In this document: positions 1 to 9,194 of the stretch, in pieces | Position numbering within the stretch: the stretch's first letter is position 1 | How the letters are laid out: each line of letters begins with the position of its first letter | Source of the DNA: Polyangiaceae bacterium UTPRO1 | Lineage (GTDB): Bacteria > Desulfobacterota > Binatia > UTPRO1 | DNA length: 64,000 nucleotides | Direction: 5' to 3' | Assembly (NCBI GenBank): GCA_002050235.1 | Contig: MWST01000032.1 | Span: 600-64,599, forward strand | The notes under the pieces: model-generated | Told to the model about the DNA's origin: nothing | What the model saw: only the letters and a program-made list of their open reading frames with translations | Database searches by the model: none | Position numbers and translations under genes: made by a program

Positions 1-197
1 TACCAAGCAATACCGGGATATTCAGTCGTTCCATATACGAAGGAGTATAGCAAAATGCGAGTCAGAGGGTGAGGAGCCTATGAAACCATTCCCGCGAATG
101 AATATATTGGCAAGGCCGCCCTCCTCTCCGGTCATACAGAGAGACGTGTTTGCAGGTTGGGTACGTAAAAGAGAGATGCGCAGTCGCTCCGAAATAT

Positions 198-227
198 ACA
201 CACGAGCGCATGTCGGCGCTCGTGTGT
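198..227 (-). terminator. Hairpin immediately 3' of the tRNA (putative intrinsic terminator)
   Basis: Perfect 12-bp inverted repeat ACACACGAGCGC / GCGCTCGTGTGT with a 6-nt loop. On the minus strand it directly follows the tRNA ACCA end and is followed by ATATTT. Confidence 0.6.
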
Positions 228-228
228 A

Positions 229-315
229 TGGTGGGCGAGGAGAGACTCGAACCCCCATGCCGACGAGCGGGCTAGATCCTAAGTCTAGTGCGTCTACCAG
301 TTCCGCCACTCTCGC
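229..315 (-). tRNA. tRNA-Leu (anticodon UAG), type II with long variable arm; 3' stems imperfect
   Basis: Minus-strand cloverleaf. It has a D stem GCG/CGC and a perfect anticodon stem CTAGA/TCTAG with loop CTTAGGA (anticodon TAG). It also has a ~15-nt variable arm, T-loop TTCGAGT and an encoded ACCA. The acceptor stem has 2 mismatches and the T stem has 2 G-T pairs. Confidence 0.8.
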
Positions 316-477
316 GCGCGGGATGCGAGGGCGCGCGGCGCGCGCGCCGTCACTGGTGCTACACCAAAGCACGGATGGCGCGCAAAGCGCCGCCGTTCCC
401 GCAGCGTCGCAACCCGTGTCCTACCGCAGCCGCGCGCAGCTTGCGGCCGGCAACCGCCGGCGGTACGAGCCCGTGCC

Positions 478-2136
478 GTGTCCCGACGCGGCGCTGCCAG
501 AGAGGACCTGCTAGCCCTCGGCCTGATCATCGCCGCCACCACGCTGGCGTACGCTCACAGCTTCGCCGGCACCTGGGTCTCGGACGACATCACGGCTATC
601 GCCGAGAACACGACGCTCCGTGCGCTCACCTTCGAGAATCTCCGCACTCTGTTCACCTCGCGTACCGACGGCACGAACTACATCCCGCTCAGCTTCCTGT
701 CGCTCGCCATCGACTATCGGCTCTGGGGTCCCGACCCTCGCGGCTTCCATCTGACGAACCTGATCTTCCACCTCGCCAACGCCGCCGCGATCTACTGGTT
801 CGTGGCACGGCTCCACGGCGCGCGCGGGCTGGCGACGGCAGCGGCCATCCTCTGGTCATTGCACCCGGTGCAGGTCGAGTCGGTCGCCTGGATCAGCGAG
901 CGCAAGAACGTCCTCTCGACGTTCTTCTTCCTCCTCGCGTTCCACATGCATCTCGACCTCGGCGATCGCCCCACCGCCGGACGCTACGCCGTACTCCTCG
1001 GGCTCTACGTCGCGGCTCTGCTCTCGAAGGTTAATACCATCGTCCTCCCCGCCGTGCTGCTCTGGTATGAGATCACGATGCGGCGCCGGCTGCGCGCGGG
1101 AGATCTCGGACGTGCGCTGCCGCTGCTCGCCTGCGGCGTCGTCATCGCGTGGGCCAACCTCCACGACAACCCGAGCCACGGCGCCGCCTACCACGGCGGC
1201 AGCCTCGCGGTGACCCTACGGACGAGCGCCACTACCATTCCGCGCTACCTCCTGAACATCGTCGCCCCCTTCGATCTCATGACCTACTACCCGGTGACGT
1301 TGCGCGCGTCATGGCTCGATCCGACCGTCGCCGCGTCCGTCGCGCTCATCGTCGCGCTCGCCGCACTCACCGTCTGGTGCGCGGTGCGCGGCCGGCCGGA
1401 AGGTTTCTGGCTCGGGTGGTTCGGCATCACCCTGGCTCCGATGCTGAACCTCGTGCCGTTTCCCGCGCTCATGAACGATCGCTACCTGTACGTTCCGCTC
1501 CTTGGAGCACTGGTGCCGCTCCTGGATCTCGGTGGACGCGCACTCGCCGCCGTCGGTGCGGCCAGTAGCGCTCCTCTCGTGGTCGGCGCCCTCAGCGTCG
1601 GCCTCACCGCCCTCACGGCTGCACGCGTGCCCGTCTTCCACGACCCGCTCGCGCTCTGGGCGGACATGGGACTTCGTGCTCCCTACATCACCGCCGATCA
1701 ACCTTACGGCCCCGGTCCGCGCACCGAGGAAAAGCGCCTCCTCGCCGCCGCCCTGCGGCAGCACCCGGATCGCGCCGTTCTCCACAACAACCTCGGCGGC
1801 CTCGCCTTCGAGGACGGCCGCCTGAACGACGCCCTGGCCTCCTTTGAACGCGCGCAAGCGCGTGCTCCGGACGACCCGGTGATCGCCCTGAACCTCGGCC
1901 GTACGTATCTCCGCCTCGGCCGCAGCGACGACGCCCTCCGCATGCTGCGGCGCGCGGTCGCACTCGAGCCGCCGTCCTTCTTCGCCCGCCTGAACCTGGC
2001 GCGCGCCCATCTCCTCGCCGGCGACGTCGCTGCTGCCCGGGCGGAGCTCGCGCGCGCCAAGGCCCTCAGGCCCGACCCGTACTTCTGGCAAGGACTCGAG
2101 CGGGCGTTGGCGCGCGCCGAGCAGCGCGGCTCCTGA
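478..2136 (+). CDS. Polytopic membrane protein with C-terminal TPR repeats (TMTC/DUF1736-like putative protein O-mannosyltransferase family)
   Basis: 552-aa ORF with a GTG start. The N-terminal ~400 aa are multi-TM, with HPVQVESVAWISERKNVL and FHLTNLIFHLAN type motifs seen in TMTC-like glycosyltransferases. The C-terminal ~130 aa are TPR-like (NNLGGLAFEDGRLNDALASFERA...). Confidence 0.7.
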   Translation: MSRRGAAREDLLALGLIIAATTLAYAHSFAGTWVSDDITAIAENTTLRALTFENLRTLFTSRTDGTNYIPLSFLSLAIDYRLWGPDPRGFHLTNLIFHLANAAAIYWFVARLHGARGLATAAAILWSLHPVQVESVAWISERKNVLSTFFFLLAFHMHLDLGDRPTAGRYAVLLGLYVAALLSKVNTIVLPAVLLWYEITMRRRLRAGDLGRALPLLACGVVIAWANLHDNPSHGAAYHGGSLAVTLRTSATTIPRYLLNIVAPFDLMTYYPVTLRASWLDPTVAASVALIVALAALTVWCAVRGRPEGFWLGWFGITLAPMLNLVPFPALMNDRYLYVPLLGALVPLLDLGGRALAAVGAASSAPLVVGALSVGLTALTAARVPVFHDPLALWADMGLRAPYITADQPYGPGPRTEEKRLLAAALRQHPDRAVLHNNLGGLAFEDGRLNDALASFERAQARAPDDPVIALNLGRTYLRLGRSDDALRMLRRAVALEPPSFFARLNLARAHLLAGDVAAARAELARAKALRPDPYFWQGLERALARAEQRGS

Positions 2137-2162
2137 GTCGGCCGGCGCCCCTGGCGCGCTCG

Positions 2163-3137
2163 CTATGCGCCTGCGAACAAACGCCGTGGATTGTCGACCA
2201 GGATCGTCGCGATGTCTTCCTCGCCGAGGCCGCCGGCGCGCAGCTCGGGCACGACCTTCCTGAAGATCATTGTCGGCCGCCAGTCAGGGAGCGCCGCCAG
2301 GATCTCCTCGTGTCGATTGGCGAAAGGCACGGGGCGGCCCTGCCAGCACACTATCGAATCGTGGGACAGCAGGATGTTTTGCGTGTAGCCGGCTCGCGCC
2401 AGCTTGAGGACGTTCTTGACCCGCACCTCGTCCGGCAAGATGAGGGCTATGCCGAAGCGATCGAAGCCGACGAAGGCGCCGCGCTCGGCGAGCCCGCGGT
2501 GGTAGTCATGGTCGTCGATCCCGTCCGAGTGGCCGACGACCAGCCGGTTGGCCGGGACGCCCTCCCCCGTGACCAGGTCGATCTGCTCGTGCCCGCAGGA
2601 AGCCTCCTGCGTGTGCGAGATCAGGGGAACCCCGGTCTCGCGCGCCGCCCGGGCTCCGGCCTGGACGAGCTTCCGCTCGTACTCGGACACCTGCTGCGCG
2701 CCGGTCGCGATCTTCACGGCCCCAGCCCGGATACCGGTGTCGCCGACGCCTTCGGTGATCTCCTTTATATAGATCGCGGTGATCTCCTCGATCGGAAGAT
2801 GGCGAAACGTATGGGTGATGCCCTCGGCTTCGAAATAGGCGCCGGTCGTACACACGATCTGCATCCCGCTCTTTAGCGCCAGCTCGGCCAGGAACTCGAC
2901 GTCGCGTCCGAGATCCATGGGACAGGGATCCACGAACGTGCGAACACCGAGATCACGCAGCTCCTGCATCTGGTCGACGGCGCGCGCCATCACCTCGGCG
3001 CGGACGAAGCGGGGCGCCAAGGCGTCGAGGTTCCAGCCCGGGTAGCCGACGAGGACGTGTTCGTGGATGAGCGTCCGGCCGAGCGCCTCCGGGGCGACGC
3101 TGCCGGTCACGGTCTGTACGCTGCGGGAAGCAGTCAT
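2163..3137 (-). CDS. Phosphotriesterase-related (PTE/PHP family) amidohydrolase-fold metal hydrolase
   Basis: 324-aa ORF. It has the N-terminal GRTLIHEHVLV metal-binding HxH motif plus later ISHT and GHSD motifs typical of the phosphotriesterase family. An AAAGGA sits upstream of the ATG. Confidence 0.8.
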   Translation of the reverse strand: MTASRSVQTVTGSVAPEALGRTLIHEHVLVGYPGWNLDALAPRFVRAEVMARAVDQMQELRDLGVRTFVDPCPMDLGRDVEFLAELALKSGMQIVCTTGAYFEAEGITHTFRHLPIEEITAIYIKEITEGVGDTGIRAGAVKIATGAQQVSEYERKLVQAGARAARETGVPLISHTQEASCGHEQIDLVTGEGVPANRLVVGHSDGIDDHDYHRGLAERGAFVGFDRFGIALILPDEVRVKNVLKLARAGYTQNILLSHDSIVCWQGRPVPFANRHEEILAALPDWRPTMIFRKVVPELRAGGLGEEDIATILVDNPRRLFAGA

Positions 3138-3233
3138 GGAGATTCCTTTCGCGGACGGGACGACTCCGCACTAGCAAGCGCCCCCGGACGGAACAAGGAC
3201 GCGTCCCCGGCGCCGGCACTGCAGCCGGCGGCT

Positions 3234-3902
3234 TCAGCCGGTTCCGATCGCCGCACCGAGCCGCTGCAGATACTCCGCACGCGGGATCTCGATCACGCCG
3301 AGCGAACGCAGGTGGTCGGTCGCAAGCTGCACGTCGAGAAGCTCGAACCCCTCGCGTGCGAGCCATTCCACGAGTGCCGCGAGCGCGAGCTTCGATGCGT
3401 TGGACGCCCGATGGAACTTCGATTCGGCCGCGAAGAACCGCCCGATCGCGACGCCATAGACGCCGCCGACGAGCCTGCCCGCGGCATCCCACGCCTCGAC
3501 GCTGTGCACCCACCCGAGCGCGTGCAGCCGTTCGTAGGCCCGCCGCATCGCCGGCGTGATCCACGTGCCCTCCGTCCGCTCCGCACAGCCGGCGATGACG
3601 CCGGCGCAATCACGGTCGCGCGTGATCCGGTAGCGCTCCTGGCGCCGCAATCGCGCCAGGCTGTGCGAGACGTGGAGTCCGTCGAGCGGCAGGATCGCCC
3701 GGGGGTCGGGGGACCACCAGAGGAGCCGCCCGTCGGGAGCCGGCCACGGGAATATTCCCTGACGATAGGCTGCGAGGATGGTGCCCGGCGCGAGATCGCC
3801 GCCGGCGGCAAGGCAACCGTGGCCGGGCGCCGAGGCGGCCGACGGCATGACGTAGCGGCTCGGTGCGGGCTCGACGGGCGGCGTTGCGCTCACCGCGCCC
3901 AC
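3234..3902 (-). CDS. aat: Leucyl/phenylalanyl-tRNA--protein transferase
   Basis: Strong resemblance to Aat: GGDLAPGTILAAYRQGIFPWP, LWWSPDPRAILPL, TWITPAMRRAYERLHALGWVHSVEAW, GGVYGVAIGRFFAAESKF. The stop is firm. The start is uncertain (GTG 3902 or 3893, ATG 3848, or the maximal ORF to 3980, which would overlap the upstream gene). Confidence 0.85.
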   Translation of the reverse strand: MGAVSATPPVEPAPSRYVMPSAASAPGHGCLAAGGDLAPGTILAAYRQGIFPWPAPDGRLLWWSPDPRAILPLDGLHVSHSLARLRRQERYRITRDRDCAGVIAGCAERTEGTWITPAMRRAYERLHALGWVHSVEAWDAAGRLVGGVYGVAIGRFFAAESKFHRASNASKLALAALVEWLAREGFELLDVQLATDHLRSLGVIEIPRAEYLQRLGAAIGTG

Positions 3903-3942
3903 GCCGTTTGCCGCCGCAGCCGCCTCCCGGAGCGATGCTCGA

Positions 3943-4944
3943 TCAACGCGCGTGTGCGGCGAAGTGCGTCCGCAGCTCATACATACCGCGAAACGTGGTC
4001 AGCACGTCGATGGGTGCGTCCAGCGGCAGCCCGCGAAACTCCCGGTATGCCCGCTCGACGTTGAAGATCAGACGCTCGGGCTCCGTCCACCCCGCGTAGG
4101 GCCCGAGGTCGATGCGCTTCGCAGCCTCGACCTCCGAGAGCCCGGCGTCGAAATGCCGTCGCGACTCCTCGCGTATGTACACCAGATAGGCGCGCATCTC
4201 GCGCGGACCTTCGAGGCCGGAGAGCGGCCCGTGTCCCGGCACGACGACCTCCGGCGCGAGGGCGATGATCGTGTCGAGCGCTGCTAGCCACTGGGCATAG
4301 GTCCCTTCCCAGCCGATCGGCGTGCAGAGCCGGAAGAGGACGTCACCGGCGAAAACCACCCGCTCGGCCGGCAGGTGCACGATCAGATCACCGATGGAGT
4401 GCGCCGGGCCGACGTAGAGCAGCTCGACGCGGAGGCCGTCGAGGTCGAGGTCGAGGCGTTCGTCGACCAGGGTCGTCGGCGGCGTCAGCTCGATGCCGGT
4501 GAAGTCCCAGTCCGCCAGCATCGCCGCGAACGCCGCCAGCGTCGGATCGGAACCGGCGCCGGCGCCGGCGCCGCGCAGCATCTCGAGCCCGGCCGGCGTC
4601 GGATCCTTGGTGAACGCCTCGGCGCAGCGACGGTGGCCGATGATCTCGGCGCCGTGGAACAGCTGGTTTCCCCAGCAGTGGTCACCGTTGTGGTGGGTAT
4701 TGACCACGCGCTGCGCCGGGGTAGGAAGCACGCGCCGGTAGAGGTCCATCAGCGCCCGCGTATGGGGAAGATCCCAGAAGGTGTCGACGACGAGCCCGCC
4801 GCCGCGCCGCACCAGGCCGGAGTTGCTCCAGCCGAGACCCCGATCCGGGGTCAGACACGCATACACGTCGTTGCCGATCTCACGGAGCTCCATGGACCCG
4901 GGCCATATCATCCCCCCGGTGCGCTGGCGATGCTCGGGGATCAC
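3943..4944 (-). CDS. MBL-fold metallo-hydrolase
   Basis: 333-aa ORF with the HHNGDHCWGN (HxHxDH) zinc motif and later GPAHSIGD and VPGHG motifs. The start could be GTG 4944 or ATG 4893. Confidence 0.8.
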   Translation of the reverse strand: MIPEHRQRTGGMIWPGSMELREIGNDVYACLTPDRGLGWSNSGLVRRGGGLVVDTFWDLPHTRALMDLYRRVLPTPAQRVVNTHHNGDHCWGNQLFHGAEIIGHRRCAEAFTKDPTPAGLEMLRGAGAGAGSDPTLAAFAAMLADWDFTGIELTPPTTLVDERLDLDLDGLRVELLYVGPAHSIGDLIVHLPAERVVFAGDVLFRLCTPIGWEGTYAQWLAALDTIIALAPEVVVPGHGPLSGLEGPREMRAYLVYIREESRRHFDAGLSEVEAAKRIDLGPYAGWTEPERLIFNVERAYREFRGLPLDAPIDVLTTFRGMYELRTHFAAHAR

Positions 4945-5070
4945 CCGACAGCCCCGTGCAAGGCGGCGTCGGCCGGCGTCACCGGGAGCTTCGCAGCGGA
5001 CGATCGCAAGCCGGCGGCGCAGAGCTTCCCGGTCCGCAGCGCGGCTGTTACAGTCCTCGGCGGCTCAGGC

Positions 5071-7074
5071 ATGGGAGCGACGGGGAGCGAGGAGGCTGCG
5101 ATCGGAGCGGACATCCAGCCGCTGCGATTCGTGATCGAGCACGTCGCACCGACGATCGACGGCGGGCGCTACCCGATCAAGCGCATCCTCGGCGAGCCCT
5201 GCCCCGTCGCCGTCGACATCTTGCGCGACGGGCATGCCGTCCTCGGCGGCCGCATCGCCTTCCGCGCCCCCGACGAAGCCGCCTGGCGCTACGCGACCCT
5301 CGCCTACGACTACGGCGACGATCGCTGGCACGGGAGTTTCCTTCCCGACCGGCTCGGTCGTTGGACCTATACCGTCGAAGCCTGGACGGACCGTTTCGCG
5401 ACCTGGCGGCAGGCGCTCGCAGCCCGGATCGACGCACAGCGCGACGTCGGTGCCGATCTCCTCGACGGCGCCGCACTCCTGCACGAAGCCGCGGCACATG
5501 CCCCGCACGACGCCGCCGCCAGGCTCGCGGCTGTCGCCGCCACGCTCGCCCGTACGGACGTTACGACCGCCGCGCGCGCCGCCGCGGCGCTGGACGCCGA
5601 GCTTCCGGCGCTCGTCGCCGCCCACCTCCCCGCACCAGACCGCACCCGCCACACGTCCGAGCTGGTGGTGATCGTCGATCGCGAGCGCGCCCGCTTCGCC
5701 GCCTGGTACGAGCTGTTCCCGCGCTCGTGCAGTCCCGTACCCGGCCGCCACGGCACGCTCCGCGACGCCGCCGAACGCCTCCCGGCGGTGGCCGCGCTGG
5801 GATTCGACGTCGTCTACCTACCGCCGGTACACCCGGTCGGACGCACGCACCGGAAAGGTCGCAACGGCGCTCCGAGCGCCGGGCCGGACGATCCGGGAAG
5901 CCCGTGGGCGATCGGCAGCGACGCCGGCGGCCATACCGCCATCGAGCCGGCGCTCGGCACGCTCGCCGATTTCGACCACTTCGTCGCCGTCGCCGCGGGC
6001 CTCGGATTGGAGATTGCGCTCGACTTCGCGCCGCACTGCTCGCCGGACCATCCGTGGATCCGCGAGCACCCGGATTGGTTCGACCGTCGCGCCGACGGCT
6101 CCGTCAGGTGCGCGGAGAATCCCCCGTACACCTTCGAAGACATCGTCCCGGTCGACTTCTGGTGCGCCGACCGCGCGGCGCTCTGGACGGCATGGCGGGA
6201 TGTATTGCTCTTCTGGATCGCCCGCGGTATCCGCACCTTCCGCGTCGACAACCCGCATACCAAGCCCTTCGCCTTCTGGGAGGGCCTGATCGCGGACGTC
6301 ACCCGGGCTCATCCCGACGTCATCTTCCTCGCCGAGGCGTTCACGCGCCCGAAGACGGTCCGCGCGCTTGCCGCGCTCGGTTTCAGCCAGTCGTACACCT
6401 ATTTCATATGGCGAACGACGGCGGCGGAGCTGCGCACCTACGTAACCGAGCTCACGCGCAGCGAGCTCGCCGAGATCCTGCGCCCGGCGTTCTTCCCGAC
6501 GACCCCCGACGTCCTGCACGCCTATCTCCAGAGCGGCGGCCGTGCCGCCTTTCGCATCCGCCTGCTCCTCGCCGCGACACTCTCCCCGCTCTACGGTATC
6601 TACAGCGGCTACGAGCTCTGCGAAGCGGCGGCGCTCAACGCCGGCAGCGAGGAGTACCTGGACTCCGAGAAGTTCCAGCTCCGCCAGCGCGACTACACCG
6701 CCCCCGACAACCTCAATGACGATCTGCGGGCGCTGAACGCGCTCCGGCGGCGCTACCGCGCGCTCCAGCTCGCTACCAACGTCGCTTTCCATGACGCCGG
6801 GAACGACCACCTGCTGTGGTATTCGAAGCGCGGGGACAGACCCGAAGACACCCTGCTCGTCGCCGTGAACCTCGACCCGCACCACGCCCGCGAAGCCATG
6901 GTCGAGGTGCCTTTGGAGATCCTCGGAATCGGAGAAGATGCCGCGTTCGAAGTCGAGGAGTGCCTCGACGGCGGGCGCTACGCGTGGCGCGGCCGGCGCA
7001 ACTACGTCCGACTCGATCCGACGGAGCGCGTGGGCCACGTCTTCCGCCTCCACCGTCCGGGCGGCCTCGGATGA
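5071..7074 (+). CDS. glgE: Alpha-1,4-glucan:maltose-1-phosphate maltosyltransferase
   Basis: 667 aa from ATG 5071, inside a longer shadow-extended ORF. The N-terminus FVIEHVAPTIDGGRYPIKR and the GH13 core (FRVDNPHTKPF, IFLAEAFTRP) match GlgE. Its stop overlaps the glgX ATG (ATGA). Confidence 0.85.
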   Translation: MGATGSEEAAIGADIQPLRFVIEHVAPTIDGGRYPIKRILGEPCPVAVDILRDGHAVLGGRIAFRAPDEAAWRYATLAYDYGDDRWHGSFLPDRLGRWTYTVEAWTDRFATWRQALAARIDAQRDVGADLLDGAALLHEAAAHAPHDAAARLAAVAATLARTDVTTAARAAAALDAELPALVAAHLPAPDRTRHTSELVVIVDRERARFAAWYELFPRSCSPVPGRHGTLRDAAERLPAVAALGFDVVYLPPVHPVGRTHRKGRNGAPSAGPDDPGSPWAIGSDAGGHTAIEPALGTLADFDHFVAVAAGLGLEIALDFAPHCSPDHPWIREHPDWFDRRADGSVRCAENPPYTFEDIVPVDFWCADRAALWTAWRDVLLFWIARGIRTFRVDNPHTKPFAFWEGLIADVTRAHPDVIFLAEAFTRPKTVRALAALGFSQSYTYFIWRTTAAELRTYVTELTRSELAEILRPAFFPTTPDVLHAYLQSGGRAAFRIRLLLAATLSPLYGIYSGYELCEAAALNAGSEEYLDSEKFQLRQRDYTAPDNLNDDLRALNALRRRYRALQLATNVAFHDAGNDHLLWYSKRGDRPEDTLLVAVNLDPHHAREAMVEVPLEILGIGEDAAFEVEECLDGGRYAWRGRRNYVRLDPTERVGHVFRLHRPGGLG

Positions 7075-9194
7075 GCGCCGGCGACGTGCGCGTATGGCCC
7101 GGCGCCCCGCGGCCGCTCGGCGCCACCTGGGACGGCGAAGGCGTGAACTTCGCGATCTTCTCCGCCCACGCGACCGCGATCGAGCTCTGCCTCTTCGGCG
7201 ACGACGGCCGCGAGAGCGCGCGCGTGCCGCTGGTCGAACGCGACCAGGGCGTCTGGCACGCATATCTGCCGGACGTCCGCCCCGGCCAGCGCTACGGCTA
7301 TCGGGTCCATGGTCCGTACGACCCCGAGCGCGGGCACCGCTTCAACCCGCGGAAGCTCCTGGTCGACCCCTATGCGCGCGCGCTCAGCGACGGCGGCCGC
7401 TTCGGGCCGTCGCTCTTCGGCTTCGCACCCGCCGAGCCCGAGGATGACCTCGTCGCGAGCGAGCTCGACAGCGCCGACGCGGCGCCGAAGGGCGTCGTCA
7501 TCGAGTCCGCATTCACGTGGGGCGACGATCGTCCGCCGCGCATCCCGTGGAGCCGCACCGTGATCTACGAGTGCCACGTGAAGGGCCTGACGGCGCGCCA
7601 CCCCGACGTCCCGGCGCACCTGCGCGGGACCTACCTCGGCCTCGCCACCGACCCCGTGATCCAGCACCTCCTCGGCCTCGGCGTCACCACCATCGAGCTC
7701 CTGCCGATCCACCAGGCCATGGTCGACCGCTACCTCTTCGCGCGCGGCCTCACGAACTACTGGGGCTACAACACGATCGCCTTCTTCGCGCCCGACGTAC
7801 GCTTCGCCACGGCGGGCGGCGGCGCCCAGGTCGCCGAGTTCAAGACCATGGTGAAGCGGCTGCACCGTGCCGGCCTCGAGGTGATCCTCGACGTCGTCTA
7901 CAACCACACCGCCGAAGGCGACCAGCGCGGACCGACGCTGTCGCTGCGCGGCATCGACAACGCCGTCTACTACCGCCTCGACCCCAGCCGGCCGCGCTAC
8001 TACGCCGACGTGACCGGATGCGGCAACACGCTGAATCTGCCGCATCCCCGCGTGACCCAGCTCGTACTCGACAGCCTGCGCTACTGGGTCGAGGAGATGC
8101 ACGTCGACGGCTTCCGCTTCGATCTCGCTCCGGTGCTCGGGCGCGGCGCCGCCATCGACAGGCGCAGCGACGCCTTCTTCGAGACCCTGCGGCAGGATCC
8201 CGTACTGTCGCGCGTGAAGCTCATCGCCGAGCCGTGGGACCTCGGAGCCGGCGGCGACTGGGGCGGGGCGTTCCCGGCCGGGTGGTCGGAGTGGAACGGC
8301 CGGTTCCGCGACGGCGTCCGCCGCTTCTGGCGCGGCGACTCCGGCCGCGTCGCCGACTTCGCATCGCGGCTCTCCGGATCCAGCGACCTCTTCGCGCCGA
8401 GCGGGCGCAACGCCGATGCCAGCATCAACTTCGTGACCTGCCACGACGGCTTCACGATGCGCGACCTCGTGAGCTACGAGCACAAGCACAACGAAGCGAA
8501 CGGCGAGGACAACCGCGACGGCAGCAACGAGAACTGGAGCCGCAACTGGGGCGTCGAGGGACCGACGGCGGCGGTCGAGGTCTTGCGCCTGCGCGGCAAC
8601 ACCGAGCGCAATCTCCTGGCGACGCTCGCTTTCTCGCAGGGCGTGCCGATGCTCTTGGCCGGCGACGAGATGCACCACTCGCAGCGCGGCAACAACAACG
8701 CCTACTGCCAGGATTCCGAGCTCAGCTGGATAGACTGGAATCTCGACCAGGCGGCGCGCGACCTCCTCGCCTTCACGCGTCGCGTATTCGCGATCCGCGC
8801 CGCCAATCCCGTGCTCCGGCGGCGGAGCTTCTTCCACGGCGGCGAAATCTCGGGCACCGGCCTGAAGGACGTCGCCTGGCTGCGCCCCGACGGCCGTGAG
8901 CTCGAGGAAGCCGACTGGCACGAGCGCGCGGGGCACGTCCTCGGCATGCTGATCCACGGCCGGGCGACCGACGAGAAGGACGATCGCGGCCGGCCGGTGG
9001 TCGGCCAAACGCTCCTGCTCCTCGCCAACGGCGGCAACCGACCACGCGCGTTCACGCTGCCGCGCCTCGGCCGGCCCGGCGATTGGCACGAGCTCGTGCA
9101 CACCGCCCGCAACACGACCAAGACCATCAAGGCCGATGTCGTCAACCTGGTCGGCCACTCGCTCGTGCTCCTGCGCTACGAGGATCGCGGGTGA
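7071..9194 (+). CDS. glgX: Glycogen debranching enzyme
   Basis: 707 aa. N-terminus [23 protein letters not shown], and GH13 motifs [31 protein letters not shown]. Confidence 0.9.
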   Translation: MSAGDVRVWPGAPRPLGATWDGEGVNFAIFSAHATAIELCLFGDDGRESARVPLVERDQGVWHAYLPDVRPGQRYGYRVHGPYDPERGHRFNPRKLLVDPYARALSDGGRFGPSLFGFAPAEPEDDLVASELDSADAAPKGVVIESAFTWGDDRPPRIPWSRTVIYECHVKGLTARHPDVPAHLRGTYLGLATDPVIQHLLGLGVTTIELLPIHQAMVDRYLFARGLTNYWGYNTIAFFAPDVRFATAGGGAQVAEFKTMVKRLHRAGLEVILDVVYNHTAEGDQRGPTLSLRGIDNAVYYRLDPSRPRYYADVTGCGNTLNLPHPRVTQLVLDSLRYWVEEMHVDGFRFDLAPVLGRGAAIDRRSDAFFETLRQDPVLSRVKLIAEPWDLGAGGDWGGAFPAGWSEWNGRFRDGVRRFWRGDSGRVADFASRLSGSSDLFAPSGRNADASINFVTCHDGFTMRDLVSYEHKHNEANGEDNRDGSNENWSRNWGVEGPTAAVEVLRLRGNTERNLLATLAFSQGVPMLLAGDEMHHSQRGNNNAYCQDSELSWIDWNLDQAARDLLAFTRRVFAIRAANPVLRRRSFFHGGEISGTGLKDVAWLRPDGRELEEADWHERAGHVLGMLIHGRATDEKDDRGRPVVGQTLLLLANGGNRPRAFTLPRLGRPGDWHELVHTARNTTKTIKADVVNLVGHSLVLLRYEDRG

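Noticed and set aside
22-514. ORFs 22-372 (minus strand) and 80-514 (plus strand) at the left edge
   Set aside because: Both run straight through the tRNA-Leu gene and its hairpin. The VAELVDALDLGS peptide is simply the tRNA sequence translated.
4375-5070. N-terminal 232-codon extension of the glgE ORF
   Set aside because: It overlaps the MBL hydrolase gene on the opposite strand. It has no GlgE-like sequence, and GlgE homology begins right after ATG 5071.
7002-9158. 718-aa minus-strand ORF antisense to glgX, plus similar long antisense or alternative-frame ORFs (15575-17935, 5818-7263, 9788-11149, 11221-13707, 17272-19248, 40686-41954, 50712-52619, 59769-61901, 60161-62326)
   Set aside because: All overlap genes with strong family motifs. 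All translate to Arg/Ala/Gly/Pro/Asp/Glu-rich low-complexity sequence typical of high-GC shadow frames.
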